Origin: a virus
DNA: 64,000 nt
Reading direction: 5' to 3' (one strand)
Virus record (IMG/VR): IMGVR_UViG_3300005366_000002
Location: 32,001-96,000 of that record
How positions within the stretch are numbered: the stretch's first letter is position 1; the number at the start of each line of letters is the position of its first letter. The position numbers and the translations under genes are program-made. A model generated the notes under the pieces. That model saw only the letters and a list, made by a program, of their open reading frames with translations, did not search any database and was not told where the DNA came from. Below, piece after piece: positions 1 through 8,968 of this stretch.

Positions 1-110
1 AAAGGCCCCGTAGATCGGAAAGGCCCGGAATTGGTGTAGATCTCCATTCCGCAGGTCCAGGGCAGCCAGATTTTAGGGGCCTCAACGGGACACCTATATA
101 GGACGCACCA

Positions 111-446
111 ATGGCATTTCACCAACTGAACACGGCTCACGATCACGAGCTGAAGTGCGATCCCGAGCCATTCAAGGATCTTGCCGAAGGCCTCAAGAGC
201 TGCGAGATCCGCAAGGACGATCGCGGGTACTCCATAGGTCAGATCCTGTGGCTCCGGGAGACCAAGTACGACGCACAGACCCTGCGGGGTCTCCACCACT
301 CCTTCGGATCGATCTACACCGGGCGCAACCTCTACATGAGGATCACCCACGTCCAGCGTGGCTACGGTCTCCAGGAGGGCCACTGCTGTCTCTCGGTCGT
401 GCCTGTCGAGAAGATCGGCATCTGGATCCACGACTGCCGCCTGTGA
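111..446 (+). CDS. DUF3850/ASCH (PUA-like) domain protein
   Basis: HELKCDPEPF..LAEGLKSCEIRKDDRGYSIGQILWLRE matches the ASCH/DUF3850 pattern; AGGA RBS upstream. Confidence 0.7.
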   Translation: MAFHQLNTAHDHELKCDPEPFKDLAEGLKSCEIRKDDRGYSIGQILWLRETKYDAQTLRGLHHSFGSIYTGRNLYMRITHVQRGYGLQEGHCCLSVVPVEKIGIWIHDCRL

Positions 447-491
447 CACCACAGACACCACAGACACCCAAGTGAACTGAAAGGAGCCCAC

Positions 492-788
492 ATGAGTGGA
501 TTCAGAGAACCGCTGATCCTGACGATCAAGGAGAAGATGAAGGGTCGCTTCTCGCAGTTAGGGCCCGAAGCACGTGACCGCGTGCTGAACATGATGGGCG
601 CCTTCCACATCCGGGACGGGACTGCCAACGAGAGTTCTCCCATGGGGCGCATCCGCATCACGCCAGGAGAGCTCAACGATCTGCTGGCGTTCGCACTGAC
701 CTCCAACTCGACGACTTCGCTGGTGTCGGTCGTCGATGTGCGAACACCGGCCAACAAGACGCCACTGGAGAACCTGCGCGATGTTTGA
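492..788 (+). CDS. hypothetical protein
   Basis: AAGGAG RBS before ATG; phage-like codon usage. Confidence 0.6.
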   Translation: MSGFREPLILTIKEKMKGRFSQLGPEARDRVLNMMGAFHIRDGTANESSPMGRIRITPGELNDLLAFALTSNSTTSLVSVVDVRTPANKTPLENLRDV

Positions 789-1239
789 CACCGTCCACAG
801 CCATCACCACACCCACCACGGACTTCCATCGTATCCCACCAAGGTTGACGTGACTATCAAGGAGCACCGTGCTCCCACCGACGAGTCCGTGAAGCTCCTC
901 AAGGAGCTGGAGGACAAAGCGTTGTCGCGTATCCTCGGAACTCTCAAGTTGGAGTCCACGCCGTTCGACTGCCGCGTCTACCCGATGCTGAGCGTCCTGG
1001 GAGACGGCATCAAGTTCGTCGTGCTCTACAAGATCGGCGCTCTCGGTCCTTTCGGGCGCGCCTGGGACATGGACTCCATGCAGCGCCTGGAGCACGAGGT
1101 CTCCACCTGGGACAAGCCGAGCATGGACAAGATCGTCGAGTCGCTGCTCGACGCGCTCGCCAAGGACATCGCCAAGACGATGCTCCTGTCCGTCGCAGAA
1201 CCGCTGAGCCGCTCGCTGAGTGCCCTGCCCATCCGCTGA
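781..1239 (+). CDS. hypothetical protein
   Basis: ATG 781 overlaps previous gene end; GGAG RBS; GC3-rich codons. Confidence 0.6.
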   Translation: MFDTVHSHHHTHHGLPSYPTKVDVTIKEHRAPTDESVKLLKELEDKALSRILGTLKLESTPFDCRVYPMLSVLGDGIKFVVLYKIGALGPFGRAWDMDSMQRLEHEVSTWDKPSMDKIVESLLDALAKDIAKTMLLSVAEPLSRSLSALPIR

Positions 1240-1270
1240 TCCGCCCATTCCAAAACGAAGAGTACACCAC

Positions 1271-2128
1271 ATGAGAATCACTGCACGCATCGTCGCCGAC
1301 TCCGTGTCTGCCGTCACCGGAATCCGGTTGACCACCATGGAGCTCGAGTACCCGCGGTTCATCCACGCGGAGTTCATGACCCACCGGGTCTTCAGCCGCA
1401 ACGCCTCGTCGAGCCGGGCCATCCCGGTCAAGAAGCTGCTGGGCAAGGCGCTGGAAGACCCCGCCTTCTTCGTCCACATCGGCAAGAACCAGCCTGGCAT
1501 GCAGGCCAATGAGGAGGTCGATGCGACCACCAAGAGCATGTTCATGGAGGAGTGGGAAGAGCTGGCGCGGATTGCCGCCAAGTTCGCCACCCGCTGGGCC
1601 GACGAGTACGGGATCCACAAGCAGGTCGTGAACCGCGTGATGGAGCCCTGGCACCACATCAAGGTCCTGGTCACCGCCACCGAGTGGGACAACTTCTTCG
1701 AGCTGCGCAACCATCCGGACGCACAGCCGGAGATCCGTGTGCTGGCCATCGAGATGGCGAACGCGATGGCCTCGTCGGTGCCGCAGGTCCTCCAGATCAA
1801 CGAGTGGCACCTGCCCTACGTGGCCGCCGGCGACCGCCTGGAGCACAGCCTCGAGAAGTGCATCCAGTTCTCGGTGGCCCGCTCGGCTCGCACCTCCTAC
1901 TTCAACCACGACGGGACGAACCCCAACGTGGAGAACGACCTGAAGCTCTACACGCAGCTGGTCGGCGCCGTCCCACTCCACGCATCGCCGTCGGAGCACC
2001 AGGCGACGCCGAACGCCAACGCGGAGTTCGTCAAGAACTTCCGTGGCTGGACCCAGCACCGCGTGTTCCTGGAACGCGACCTCAGCTGGGACCGCCACCC
2101 TGCGGGTTCGACCACGAGCGGGAGCTGA
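1271..2128 (+). CDS. thyX: FAD-dependent thymidylate synthase (ThyX/Thy1), phage type
   Basis: RFIHAEFMTHRVFSRNASSSRAIP ThyX motif; HKQVVNRVMEPW; NFFELRNHPDAQPEI; HASPSEHQATP. Confidence 0.88.
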   Translation: MRITARIVADSVSAVTGIRLTTMELEYPRFIHAEFMTHRVFSRNASSSRAIPVKKLLGKALEDPAFFVHIGKNQPGMQANEEVDATTKSMFMEEWEELARIAAKFATRWADEYGIHKQVVNRVMEPWHHIKVLVTATEWDNFFELRNHPDAQPEIRVLAIEMANAMASSVPQVLQINEWHLPYVAAGDRLEHSLEKCIQFSVARSARTSYFNHDGTNPNVENDLKLYTQLVGAVPLHASPSEHQATPNANAEFVKNFRGWTQHRVFLERDLSWDRHPAGSTTSGS

Positions 2129-2130
2129 CC

Positions 2131-2397
2131 ATGGGTAACAGCCGCATCAACAGGTCCTGCACGAAGCCCAGAGCGGTCATCAAGGAGCTCCCGCAGTTCG
2201 GCATGGGTCACCGCGAGGCGACCATCCAGCTCAAGCCGGGCGAGCGCGTGCTGATCATCCACGAAGACCTCATGTACCAGTTCGACGGCGATCCGCTCGA
2301 TGACGTGCTGTCCGGCGACGCTGTCCTGGGCCTCCATCGCGTCGCCTGGGACAACCTCGAGCAGAAGTGGATGGACGTCGGGGAGAAGCAACCATGA
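2131..2397 (+). CDS. hypothetical protein
   Basis: GGAG RBS, ATG 2131, coupled to neighbouring genes. Confidence 0.55.
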   Translation: MGNSRINRSCTKPRAVIKELPQFGMGHREATIQLKPGERVLIIHEDLMYQFDGDPLDDVLSGDAVLGLHRVAWDNLEQKWMDVGEKQP

Positions 2398-3230
2398 GCC
2401 TGGTGACTTCGAGGATCGGGCCTCCCATCGAGGATCTTCCGCTCTACGACACGATGGAGATCATCTGTTCGATCGGCAAGCAGGGTCACCCGGGCCAGTA
2501 CATCATGGGCCGTCCAGAGGCATCCCGGTTGCCTCACGCTTCCGGGACCGGCAACGTAGTCGTCCAGATCCTGACCCACGACCCTGAAGACCCGAACAAC
2601 CTGCGGACCGAGCAGGAGTTCAAGGCGTTGGCCACGCAGATGTTCAGCAGGATGCTGGACGTCACGTGGGACCACATCCAGAGAAACCGTGCTGCGACAG
2701 CAGCGCAAGAAGCCGAGAAGGCAGAGGAAGAACAGATGAACCACGAGCACAAGCACATCGTCACCGACGAGGTCGCGGAAGACGAGCACATCGACCTGTC
2801 GAAGGGCGACCTCCCGGCCGACGCCGACGACTCCATCCTCGACACCGACGCGGACGCCGGCGACGAGGCCGTCGATGAACTCCCGCCGGACGCGGAAGAG
2901 GTGCAGATGGACGGCGAAGCCATCCCCGAGCTGGCCAAGAAGCAGGACTGGGGCGACGAGCCCAAGGCGCGCGTGGGCTCCGAAGGCACGTCTTCGTCCG
3001 ACGAGGTGTGCACCAAGGGCGACAACACGGCGAACCTGAAGCAGCCCACGACCGGCCGCACCCGCACCATGCTCCACGTCAAGGCCGGTGACGACCTGTG
3101 GTCTCCGACCGAAGATGAGCTGGCCAAGCTGAAGAAGCAGTTCGAGGACGCGGCCGTCGCCGACGTGGTGGTCGCGACCAAGCACAACGTCCACGTCGAG
3201 GTCACGCACTTCTTCATCGAGGACAAGTGA
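2394..3230 (+). CDS. hypothetical protein with acidic linker and small C-terminal domain
   Basis: ATGA overlap with previous stop; D/E-rich middle; C-terminal LHVKAGDDLWSPTEDEL segment. Confidence 0.65.
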   Translation: MSLVTSRIGPPIEDLPLYDTMEIICSIGKQGHPGQYIMGRPEASRLPHASGTGNVVVQILTHDPEDPNNLRTEQEFKALATQMFSRMLDVTWDHIQRNRAATAAQEAEKAEEEQMNHEHKHIVTDEVAEDEHIDLSKGDLPADADDSILDTDADAGDEAVDELPPDAEEVQMDGEAIPELAKKQDWGDEPKARVGSEGTSSSDEVCTKGDNTANLKQPTTGRTRTMLHVKAGDDLWSPTEDELAKLKKQFEDAAVADVVVATKHNVHVEVTHFFIEDK

Positions 3231-3232
3231 CC

Positions 3233-3583
3233 ATGGAACTCAGAGAACCCAAGGCAGGGACCGAGTACAGGTTCCTCTGCCTCCACGGTGGCTCGATGTT
3301 CCAGCACCTGTCCGGTACGCTCGTCTCGGACTTGCGCATCGAGAACCACGGTGAGGCCGGCCCGATCTACCACTTCACGTGCGACGACATGCAAGGCCAC
3401 ACCGCGGACGGGTCCGTGCTGTTCGAGAACACGCTCGCCGCGGCCGTGGCCGCCGAGCAGATCGCCAGCAACTGCGAGCAGATCGACCGGCTCAGGAAGG
3501 CCAACGAGGAACTCCTCGCAACCCACACGCTGCACGTGAAGCGTCGTCTCTGGCGTGAGGCCGAGACGTTCTCCAAACCCTGA
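3233..3583 (+). CDS. hypothetical protein
   Basis: ORF coupled to upstream stop; codon bias. Confidence 0.55.
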   Translation: MELREPKAGTEYRFLCLHGGSMFQHLSGTLVSDLRIENHGEAGPIYHFTCDDMQGHTADGSVLFENTLAAAVAAEQIASNCEQIDRLRKANEELLATHTLHVKRRLWREAETFSKP

Positions 3584-3597
3584 GGGCTCAGTTCATC

Positions 3598-3810
3598 ATG
3601 GTCTACATGAAGATCCGCTACCAGGGCATCTGGCCTACGACGTCCAAGCGCCCTGACGTGATCTCCCTGTCTCGCGTGCCCTGCCTTGGCGAGTACGTGG
3701 ACGTCGACAACATGGTCTGCCAGGTCACCTCGGTGATTCATATCGCGGCCACGCCGGGCGATCAGCGTGTTCCTCAGATCGTCGCACAGGTCTCCGTCCA
3801 ACCGACTTGA
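3598..3810 (+). CDS. hypothetical protein
   Basis: short ORF with codon bias, followed by a hairpin. Confidence 0.5.
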   Translation: MVYMKIRYQGIWPTTSKRPDVISLSRVPCLGEYVDVDNMVCQVTSVIHIAATPGDQRVPQIVAQVSVQPT

Positions 3811-3821
3811 GGCCTCCCCAG

Positions 3822-3856
3822 GAGAGGAGTGAGGAGCAATCTTCACTCCTCTCTTC
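3822..3856 (+). terminator. stem-loop, probable terminator
   Basis: GAGAGGAGTGA...TCACTCCTCTC 11-bp inverted repeat after the gene cluster; weak U-tail. Confidence 0.5.
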
Positions 3857-3868
3857 ACGTCTGGCTCG

Positions 3869-3877
3869 CAATTTTAT
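3869..3877 (+). promoter_or_regulatory. putative late/structural promoter motif CAATTTTAT
   Basis: one of 8 copies of CAATTT(T/C)A(T/G) seen upstream of structural operons. Confidence 0.6.
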
Positions 3878-3956
3878 GGTCGACATACATGCCGGGAGCC
3901 CCTTGAGGCTCCCGTGCTCTCTTGCTCTCTCATTCAAAGACCGTAGAGGACGCGAC

Positions 3957-5582
3957 GTGGAAACCTACAAGCTCACCGCTTCCCAGCTCACCAATCTCCT
4001 GCAGATCCTGGGTGCGCTGGTGGCCGACTACATCTCGAACCCCAAGGGTCCGATGAAGGCTGACCTGAAGCCCTACGTGAAGACGGTGCTCGACTGGGCG
4101 GCCCTGCCTGGCCTCAAGCCTGCCATCAAGGAGGCTCAGACCGGCGGTGACAAGCTCAGCGCGCTCTACAACCTGGGCGTGGAGCTCAAGGATGCGTTCC
4201 CTGACTTCAAGGGCAACCGCCAGTTCACGACGCCCGAGCTGAAGATGCTGAACGCTCTGCGGGCCTACCTGGCGACCGACAGCGAGAACGCGCTCAACTA
4301 CATCCGGGCCAACGCGCAGGTCTTCGGCTCCCCGGAGCTGGCGGCCGTGTTCGCTCCCCCGATCCCGAAGGCCGACAACGCGGCGCTCCGTCGTGTCGTC
4401 AAGTCGCTGGTCGGTCGTGACGGGACACACCTGACGAAGACAGAAGCCGAGATGCTGAAGTCGACGAACCCGAAGGAGTACGACCTCTACGTCCAGCACC
4501 GCAAGGCCCACAACGCCGAGTTCAAGGCCACACTGATCAACTACGTGCGGTCCCAGGGCGAGTCGAAGGTCGACTACGCGAAAGCCTACAAGTACCTGCT
4601 GAGCCAGGGCTTCACCCACTCCATGGTGCCTGGCTTCACCGGGCTCATCGACGACAAGGGCAACTGGTACACCAAGGACGGCGAGGCCATCGGCGGAGTC
4701 CCCAATCTCAGCACGTACACCCACGTGGTCATGAACGACGGGAAAGACCCCGAGGCCTCGTGGATCTTCAAGGCGTTCAAGCCCGATGGCGAGTACGCCT
4801 ACTGCTACACGCAGAACTTCCGCCGCTCCCAGAGCTCCGCGAAGTACGAGCACGTCGCCGAGCTGATGGCCAACATCGGGCACATCCAGAACGCGTGGCG
4901 CGCCAAGATCAAGAAGTGGAACCCGGCCGACAAGCTCTGCGTGTCGGCCGTCGTGCTGGAAATCCTGTACAGCTACGCGGCCCGGATCGGCAGTGCCCCT
5001 GGCCGTGGTGCGGGGACCTTGCTGGTCAAGAATACGAGCATCACGCAGGCCGGGGTCAACCTGGCCTACATCGGCAAGGACTCGATCCCGACCAAGCACA
5101 TCATCCGAAGCGCTGACTCCCCGGAGCATGCGCTGCTGGTCAAGCGGCTGAAGGAACTCATCGAGGGCAAGAAGCCCAGCATGTTCCTGTTCACCGTGAA
5201 GTCCGGTGAGAGGATGGCACGCGTCGGCCCCGGTGACGTCAACAAGGCGTTCCACACGTTCGGCGCGCCGGAGACCGTGACGGTCCACAAGCTCCGCACC
5301 TGCCGGGGCACCACGCTGTTCAAGCAGTTGATGGACAAGGACGAGCAGAACCGTCGTCCGCCGGCGACCGAGAAGGACGCCCTGCTCCGCTACAAGGACA
5401 TGACGGCCAAGGTCGGTGAGCTCCTGAACCACAAGCGTGGTGTCGGGACCGACAAGGAGTCCGTGACAGGGACCACGGCTGCCCTCTCCTACATCGACGG
5501 CGACCTCCAGGCCGAGCTCTGGGAGCGCTGGGGCTTCCGCCCGCCTGCGTTCTTGGAGAAGCTGCTCCGCGACGACTCCTGA
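3957..5582 (+). CDS. type IB DNA topoisomerase with long N-terminal extension
   Basis: catalytic R-K-R-H-Y set in order: AARIG, YIGKD, HKLRT, LLNHK, ALSYID; GTG start with AGAGGA RBS. Confidence 0.8.
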   Translation: METYKLTASQLTNLLQILGALVADYISNPKGPMKADLKPYVKTVLDWAALPGLKPAIKEAQTGGDKLSALYNLGVELKDAFPDFKGNRQFTTPELKMLNALRAYLATDSENALNYIRANAQVFGSPELAAVFAPPIPKADNAALRRVVKSLVGRDGTHLTKTEAEMLKSTNPKEYDLYVQHRKAHNAEFKATLINYVRSQGESKVDYAKAYKYLLSQGFTHSMVPGFTGLIDDKGNWYTKDGEAIGGVPNLSTYTHVVMNDGKDPEASWIFKAFKPDGEYAYCYTQNFRRSQSSAKYEHVAELMANIGHIQNAWRAKIKKWNPADKLCVSAVVLEILYSYAARIGSAPGRGAGTLLVKNTSITQAGVNLAYIGKDSIPTKHIIRSADSPEHALLVKRLKELIEGKKPSMFLFTVKSGERMARVGPGDVNKAFHTFGAPETVTVHKLRTCRGTTLFKQLMDKDEQNRRPPATEKDALLRYKDMTAKVGELLNHKRGVGTDKESVTGTTAALSYIDGDLQAELWERWGFRPPAFLEKLLRDDS

Positions 5583-5609
5583 GACCCGCTCTGTTCACAA
5601 GGAACTGCA

Positions 5610-5876
5610 ATGAAACTCGTGCTCCAAGCCAAGCAGCGTCTCCTGGCGCTGACCAAGAAGGTCGAGGCGGCCCCAAAAGGCTCCGACTTCCAGGTGAAGA
5701 TCAACTACGACGATCCGACCGGGAAGGGCATGGCGTCGACCAACGTGATGGTCCGCGACTGCCGCGATGCGGACCATGCCCGCAAGATCTTCAAGGAGCA
5801 GCACGCTCACCACTTCAAGAACGCGAAGATCGAGAAGGTGACGAAGCTCAAGGGCAACGGCCAATCCGAGGACTGA
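5610..5876 (+). CDS. small protein with N-terminal LQAxxRLxA tag (putative internal virion protein)
   Basis: MKLVLQAKQRLLA; AAGGA RBS. Confidence 0.7.
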   Translation: MKLVLQAKQRLLALTKKVEAAPKGSDFQVKINYDDPTGKGMASTNVMVRDCRDADHARKIFKEQHAHHFKNAKIEKVTKLKGNGQSED

Positions 5877-5877
5877 C

Positions 5878-6321
5878 ATGGGACAACGACTAGCTCTGCA
5901 AGCCAAGTGGCGCGTCCTCTCGTTCGCCATGATCTTGTCCAACAAGGCCCTCGACCAGTGGCTGACCCAGATGGCGCGCATGAGCGGCCCTCCGGCTGCC
6001 TACGATCAGGATGGTCGCCAGACCGTCATGGAGGCCCTGCGGGTCCATCGGGACCAGAACCCGGTGATCATGGTCGTCGGCGACGCGGCTGGCAACCCGA
6101 TCCACACGTTCACCCTGGGCACGTCCGGCAACATCAAGACCGACAGCCTCAACGGCACCTACGCGGCTGACCACAAGTACCGCGCAGAGATGGGCGATCC
6201 CCGTGGGACCACCAGCCGTGTCGAGCTCCGCGTGATTGCCGTCATCGACGTCGACGAGTTCATGGAGCACTTCGGCCACGAGACGGAGCACGCTCTGCAT
6301 CCGAACCTGAAACACGCCTAG
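5878..6321 (+). CDS. protein with N-terminal LQAxxRVxS tag
   Basis: MGQRLALQAKWRVLS; GAGGA RBS. Confidence 0.65.
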   Translation: MGQRLALQAKWRVLSFAMILSNKALDQWLTQMARMSGPPAAYDQDGRQTVMEALRVHRDQNPVIMVVGDAAGNPIHTFTLGTSGNIKTDSLNGTYAADHKYRAEMGDPRGTTSRVELRVIAVIDVDEFMEHFGHETEHALHPNLKHA

Positions 6322-6329
6322 GAGGCGCA

Positions 6330-7583
6330 ATGCCGCTGATCGACCGCCGTTCCAATCTGACGCCAGCCAATGGGCGCGCGGCTGACGTGGCGCACCGCCT
6401 GACCGAGGACATCATCCCGCTCCAACAGCAGCGCATGATGGCCGCGTTCCGTGTCCAAGGCGTGCAGGCCATTCTCTACAACCGGCTGAACACCGGCTAC
6501 GCGTGCCCCTGCAAGTCGAAGGAGAAGACCGTGGCCGTCCGGCTCGGCAAGGATGGCCGCGCTGACCCGGGTGCGATCAACGAGGTGCTGACTGGCGAAC
6601 CCAAATTCGGTGTTCGCCCCTACGCGCCTCTGACTCCCGACACCGAGTTCGAGGAGTTCTCCGACTTCGGTGATGGTCCCACGAGCCCCAACAACCAGGT
6701 CTCGCAGTTCATGGGTGACCTCATCAAGGGCGGTGAGGAAGACGGGTTTAACAACCTGATCACCACGGAAGCGTTCGTCGGTTCCGTCGGTCAGACCGAT
6801 CCGGAGATCGACGACCTCTACAAGGAGTACGACCTGGGATCCATCGGGCTCTCCGACGTCTCGTGCCCCATCTGCTTCGGCTCCGGCTACATCGGCGGCT
6901 ACACCCCGTTCCGTGCGTGGCGCCGTGTGGTCGCCGCCACCGAGATCGCGGAGACGTCCCAGACGCTCGACCTGCCTAGCATGGGCCTCCGCGCCGGGAC
7001 CCACAGCTTCGACCTGGTGCTGCCCCGCGGCGCTGTGGTCCTCGATGCGTTCCGCGTCATGAACGGCAAGCTGATCGTCCCTGCGCGCATCTTGATCGAC
7101 GGTACTGACACGGCGAACAAGCGGGTGCTCCAGTGGTTCGACGGGACACCACACAAGGTGACGATTGACTGCCCTACGGAGTTCACGCACTTCGAGGCGC
7201 AGGCAGGTCTGTCCAAAGAGCCCATCTACTTCGAGTTCCCGAAGCGTGGCCGGTCCGGTGACATCTCGCAGCTCGAAAAGATGGAGCCTTTCCAGATCAT
7301 CGTCTCCCCGGATGTCCCGCAGCTCGACACGCTGGACGTGATCATGGAGAGCCAGGAGGGGAAAGCGCTGGTCGTCCAGAGCACCAACCCATGGAACTCG
7401 CGGAACAACCAGTTCCTGGGCTGGGAGTGCATGGTCCGCGTGGCCCAACCGCAGGAGCTCTACTACCTGCTCCCATCCCGCAGCCCCTTCGCTGGCCAGC
7501 GGTCGACCAACGCGGTGGTGCCGAGCAAGCAGACGACCATCAGCGGTCTCTCTGCTGGCGGCACCCAGGGATTCACCTTCTGA
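6330..7583 (+). CDS. putative virion neck/head-completion protein with Zn-binding Cys motifs
   Basis: ACPC and CPICFGSGYIGGY motifs like myophage neck proteins; AGGAGG RBS. Confidence 0.5.
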   Translation: MPLIDRRSNLTPANGRAADVAHRLTEDIIPLQQQRMMAAFRVQGVQAILYNRLNTGYACPCKSKEKTVAVRLGKDGRADPGAINEVLTGEPKFGVRPYAPLTPDTEFEEFSDFGDGPTSPNNQVSQFMGDLIKGGEEDGFNNLITTEAFVGSVGQTDPEIDDLYKEYDLGSIGLSDVSCPICFGSGYIGGYTPFRAWRRVVAATEIAETSQTLDLPSMGLRAGTHSFDLVLPRGAVVLDAFRVMNGKLIVPARILIDGTDTANKRVLQWFDGTPHKVTIDCPTEFTHFEAQAGLSKEPIYFEFPKRGRSGDISQLEKMEPFQIIVSPDVPQLDTLDVIMESQEGKALVVQSTNPWNSRNNQFLGWECMVRVAQPQELYYLLPSRSPFAGQRSTNAVVPSKQTTISGLSAGGTQGFTF

Positions 7584-7600
7584 CCTACGAGGAGCAGTCA

Positions 7601-8968
7601 ATGCTCATTGAACCACAAGAACTGAAGGCCAGCTCTGCCGTGCTCCAGAAGCTCAAGGAGATGAGCGACGAGGAGCTGGCTCGTCACGTGACCAACGTGA
7701 ACTGCGCGCTCTCCTGGATGTCCACGCTGGGCCAGGGAACCAAGTCGATTGGTAAGCTCAAGACGATCACCGCTGCATCTGCTCCTGACTGGGACATCAA
7801 GTGCGTGATCGAGGGCCTCCACTGGCTGGGCTCTCTGGCACCTGCGACAGTAGAAGGGCTCACCGAGGTCTACGCGGTGCATGATCACGTGCCGGAGATC
7901 AAGCCTGGGCAGCCCCTGGAGATCGAGCCATCGGAGCCTCTGCTGTGCTGGTCTCCGACGAAGCCAGACCAGATGCGTGACCGCACGATGGAGCCCTCGA
8001 AGGACTACGTGCTGCGACTCCATGACCCGCTGGTCATCTTCGCCTACAACACCATGGACGACCTGGACTTCCCGGCCGTCTCGGTGATCCCGAAGATCAA
8101 CCCACTGCTGGTGGCCCTGAAGAAGCTGCGTGACCGCGCGGAGATCCTGCGAGCCGACCAGATCGTGGTGGTCTTCCACGGGCGTCGGCCGTTCCGTGTG
8201 GATGTCATGCCAGGTCTCGAACGAGAGGAGCCAACGGAAGACCCGGTGCACCAGCAGCTCACGGGTCCCGGCGAACCCATCGAAGAGCCGATCAACGCAT
8301 CTGCCACATCGTCCACTCAGCCTGACCAAGCCGAAGATGAACTCCTGTCCCGACTCATCCGCTCGACCAGCGAGCACGATTTCCACGGTCACGTGGTTCC
8401 TCGCTCCGATGGCTGTCGCGCTAAGTGCGGCGGCCCTCAATCCCGAGTCCTACGTTGCTCCGTCTGCGCCGCAGAAGCCGCTCTTCTCGCAGACGGCCGG
8501 CACCCGCTGAGCGACCCGGAGGTCTACGCGCACATCAGCGCGACGACCCGACGACTGGAGGCCCGCAAGCCGTTCTCGGAGCTGGCCCACAAGATCTCGG
8601 TGGACCTCGGATCGGCCGACGATGAACTGATGAGGTCGCTCGTCAACTTCCTGGGCGCCGTTGCCTGGTGCGGTCAAGTCGGCCACTCCGCGACGATCTC
8701 CATGTTCGTCGATGGTGACGGTGCCGGATCGCTCCGCATCGAAGGGCTGCCGGCTACCGATCTCAAGCTGGGTGCCGCGATGGCAGAAGCCGCGTCGAAC
8801 CACGGAGACTCGCTGATGGTCGAGGTCGGGCCCTCCTCCGCGTCCGCCTACTCGACGCAGTACGATGAACAAGATCGCACCTACTACACGCGCACCTGCG
8901 TGTTCCCGAAATCCGAAGAACCCTCTGAAGAACTCTCCAAAGAACCCAAGTCCAAGGACTCGCAATGA
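7601..8968 (+). CDS. hypothetical multi-domain protein (possible virion protein)
   Basis: GAGGAG RBS; several [ILV]-x-A-[AS] sites (LKASS, ITAAS, INASA). Confidence 0.6.
   Translation: MLIEPQELKASSAVLQKLKEMSDEELARHVTNVNCALSWMSTLGQGTKSIGKLKTITAASAPDWDIKCVIEGLHWLGSLAPATVEGLTEVYAVHDHVPEIKPGQPLEIEPSEPLLCWSPTKPDQMRDRTMEPSKDYVLRLHDPLVIFAYNTMDDLDFPAVSVIPKINPLLVALKKLRDRAEILRADQIVVVFHGRRPFRVDVMPGLEREEPTEDPVHQQLTGPGEPIEEPINASATSSTQPDQAEDELLSRLIRSTSEHDFHGHVVPRSDGCRAKCGGPQSRVLRCSVCAAEAALLADGRHPLSDPEVYAHISATTRRLEARKPFSELAHKISVDLGSADDELMRSLVNFLGAVAWCGQVGHSATISMFVDGDGAGSLRIEGLPATDLKLGAAMAEAASNHGDSLMVEVGPSSASAYSTQYDEQDRTYYTRTCVFPKSEEPSEELSKEPKSKDSQ

Noticed and set aside
1-45. Short direct repeats AAAGGCCC and GTAGATC at the window start
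   Set aside because: Only two copies, truncated by the window edge; cannot support an iteron or array call.
447-470. Small tandem repeat CACCACAGA
   Set aside because: About two units, intergenic; consistent with simple slippage.
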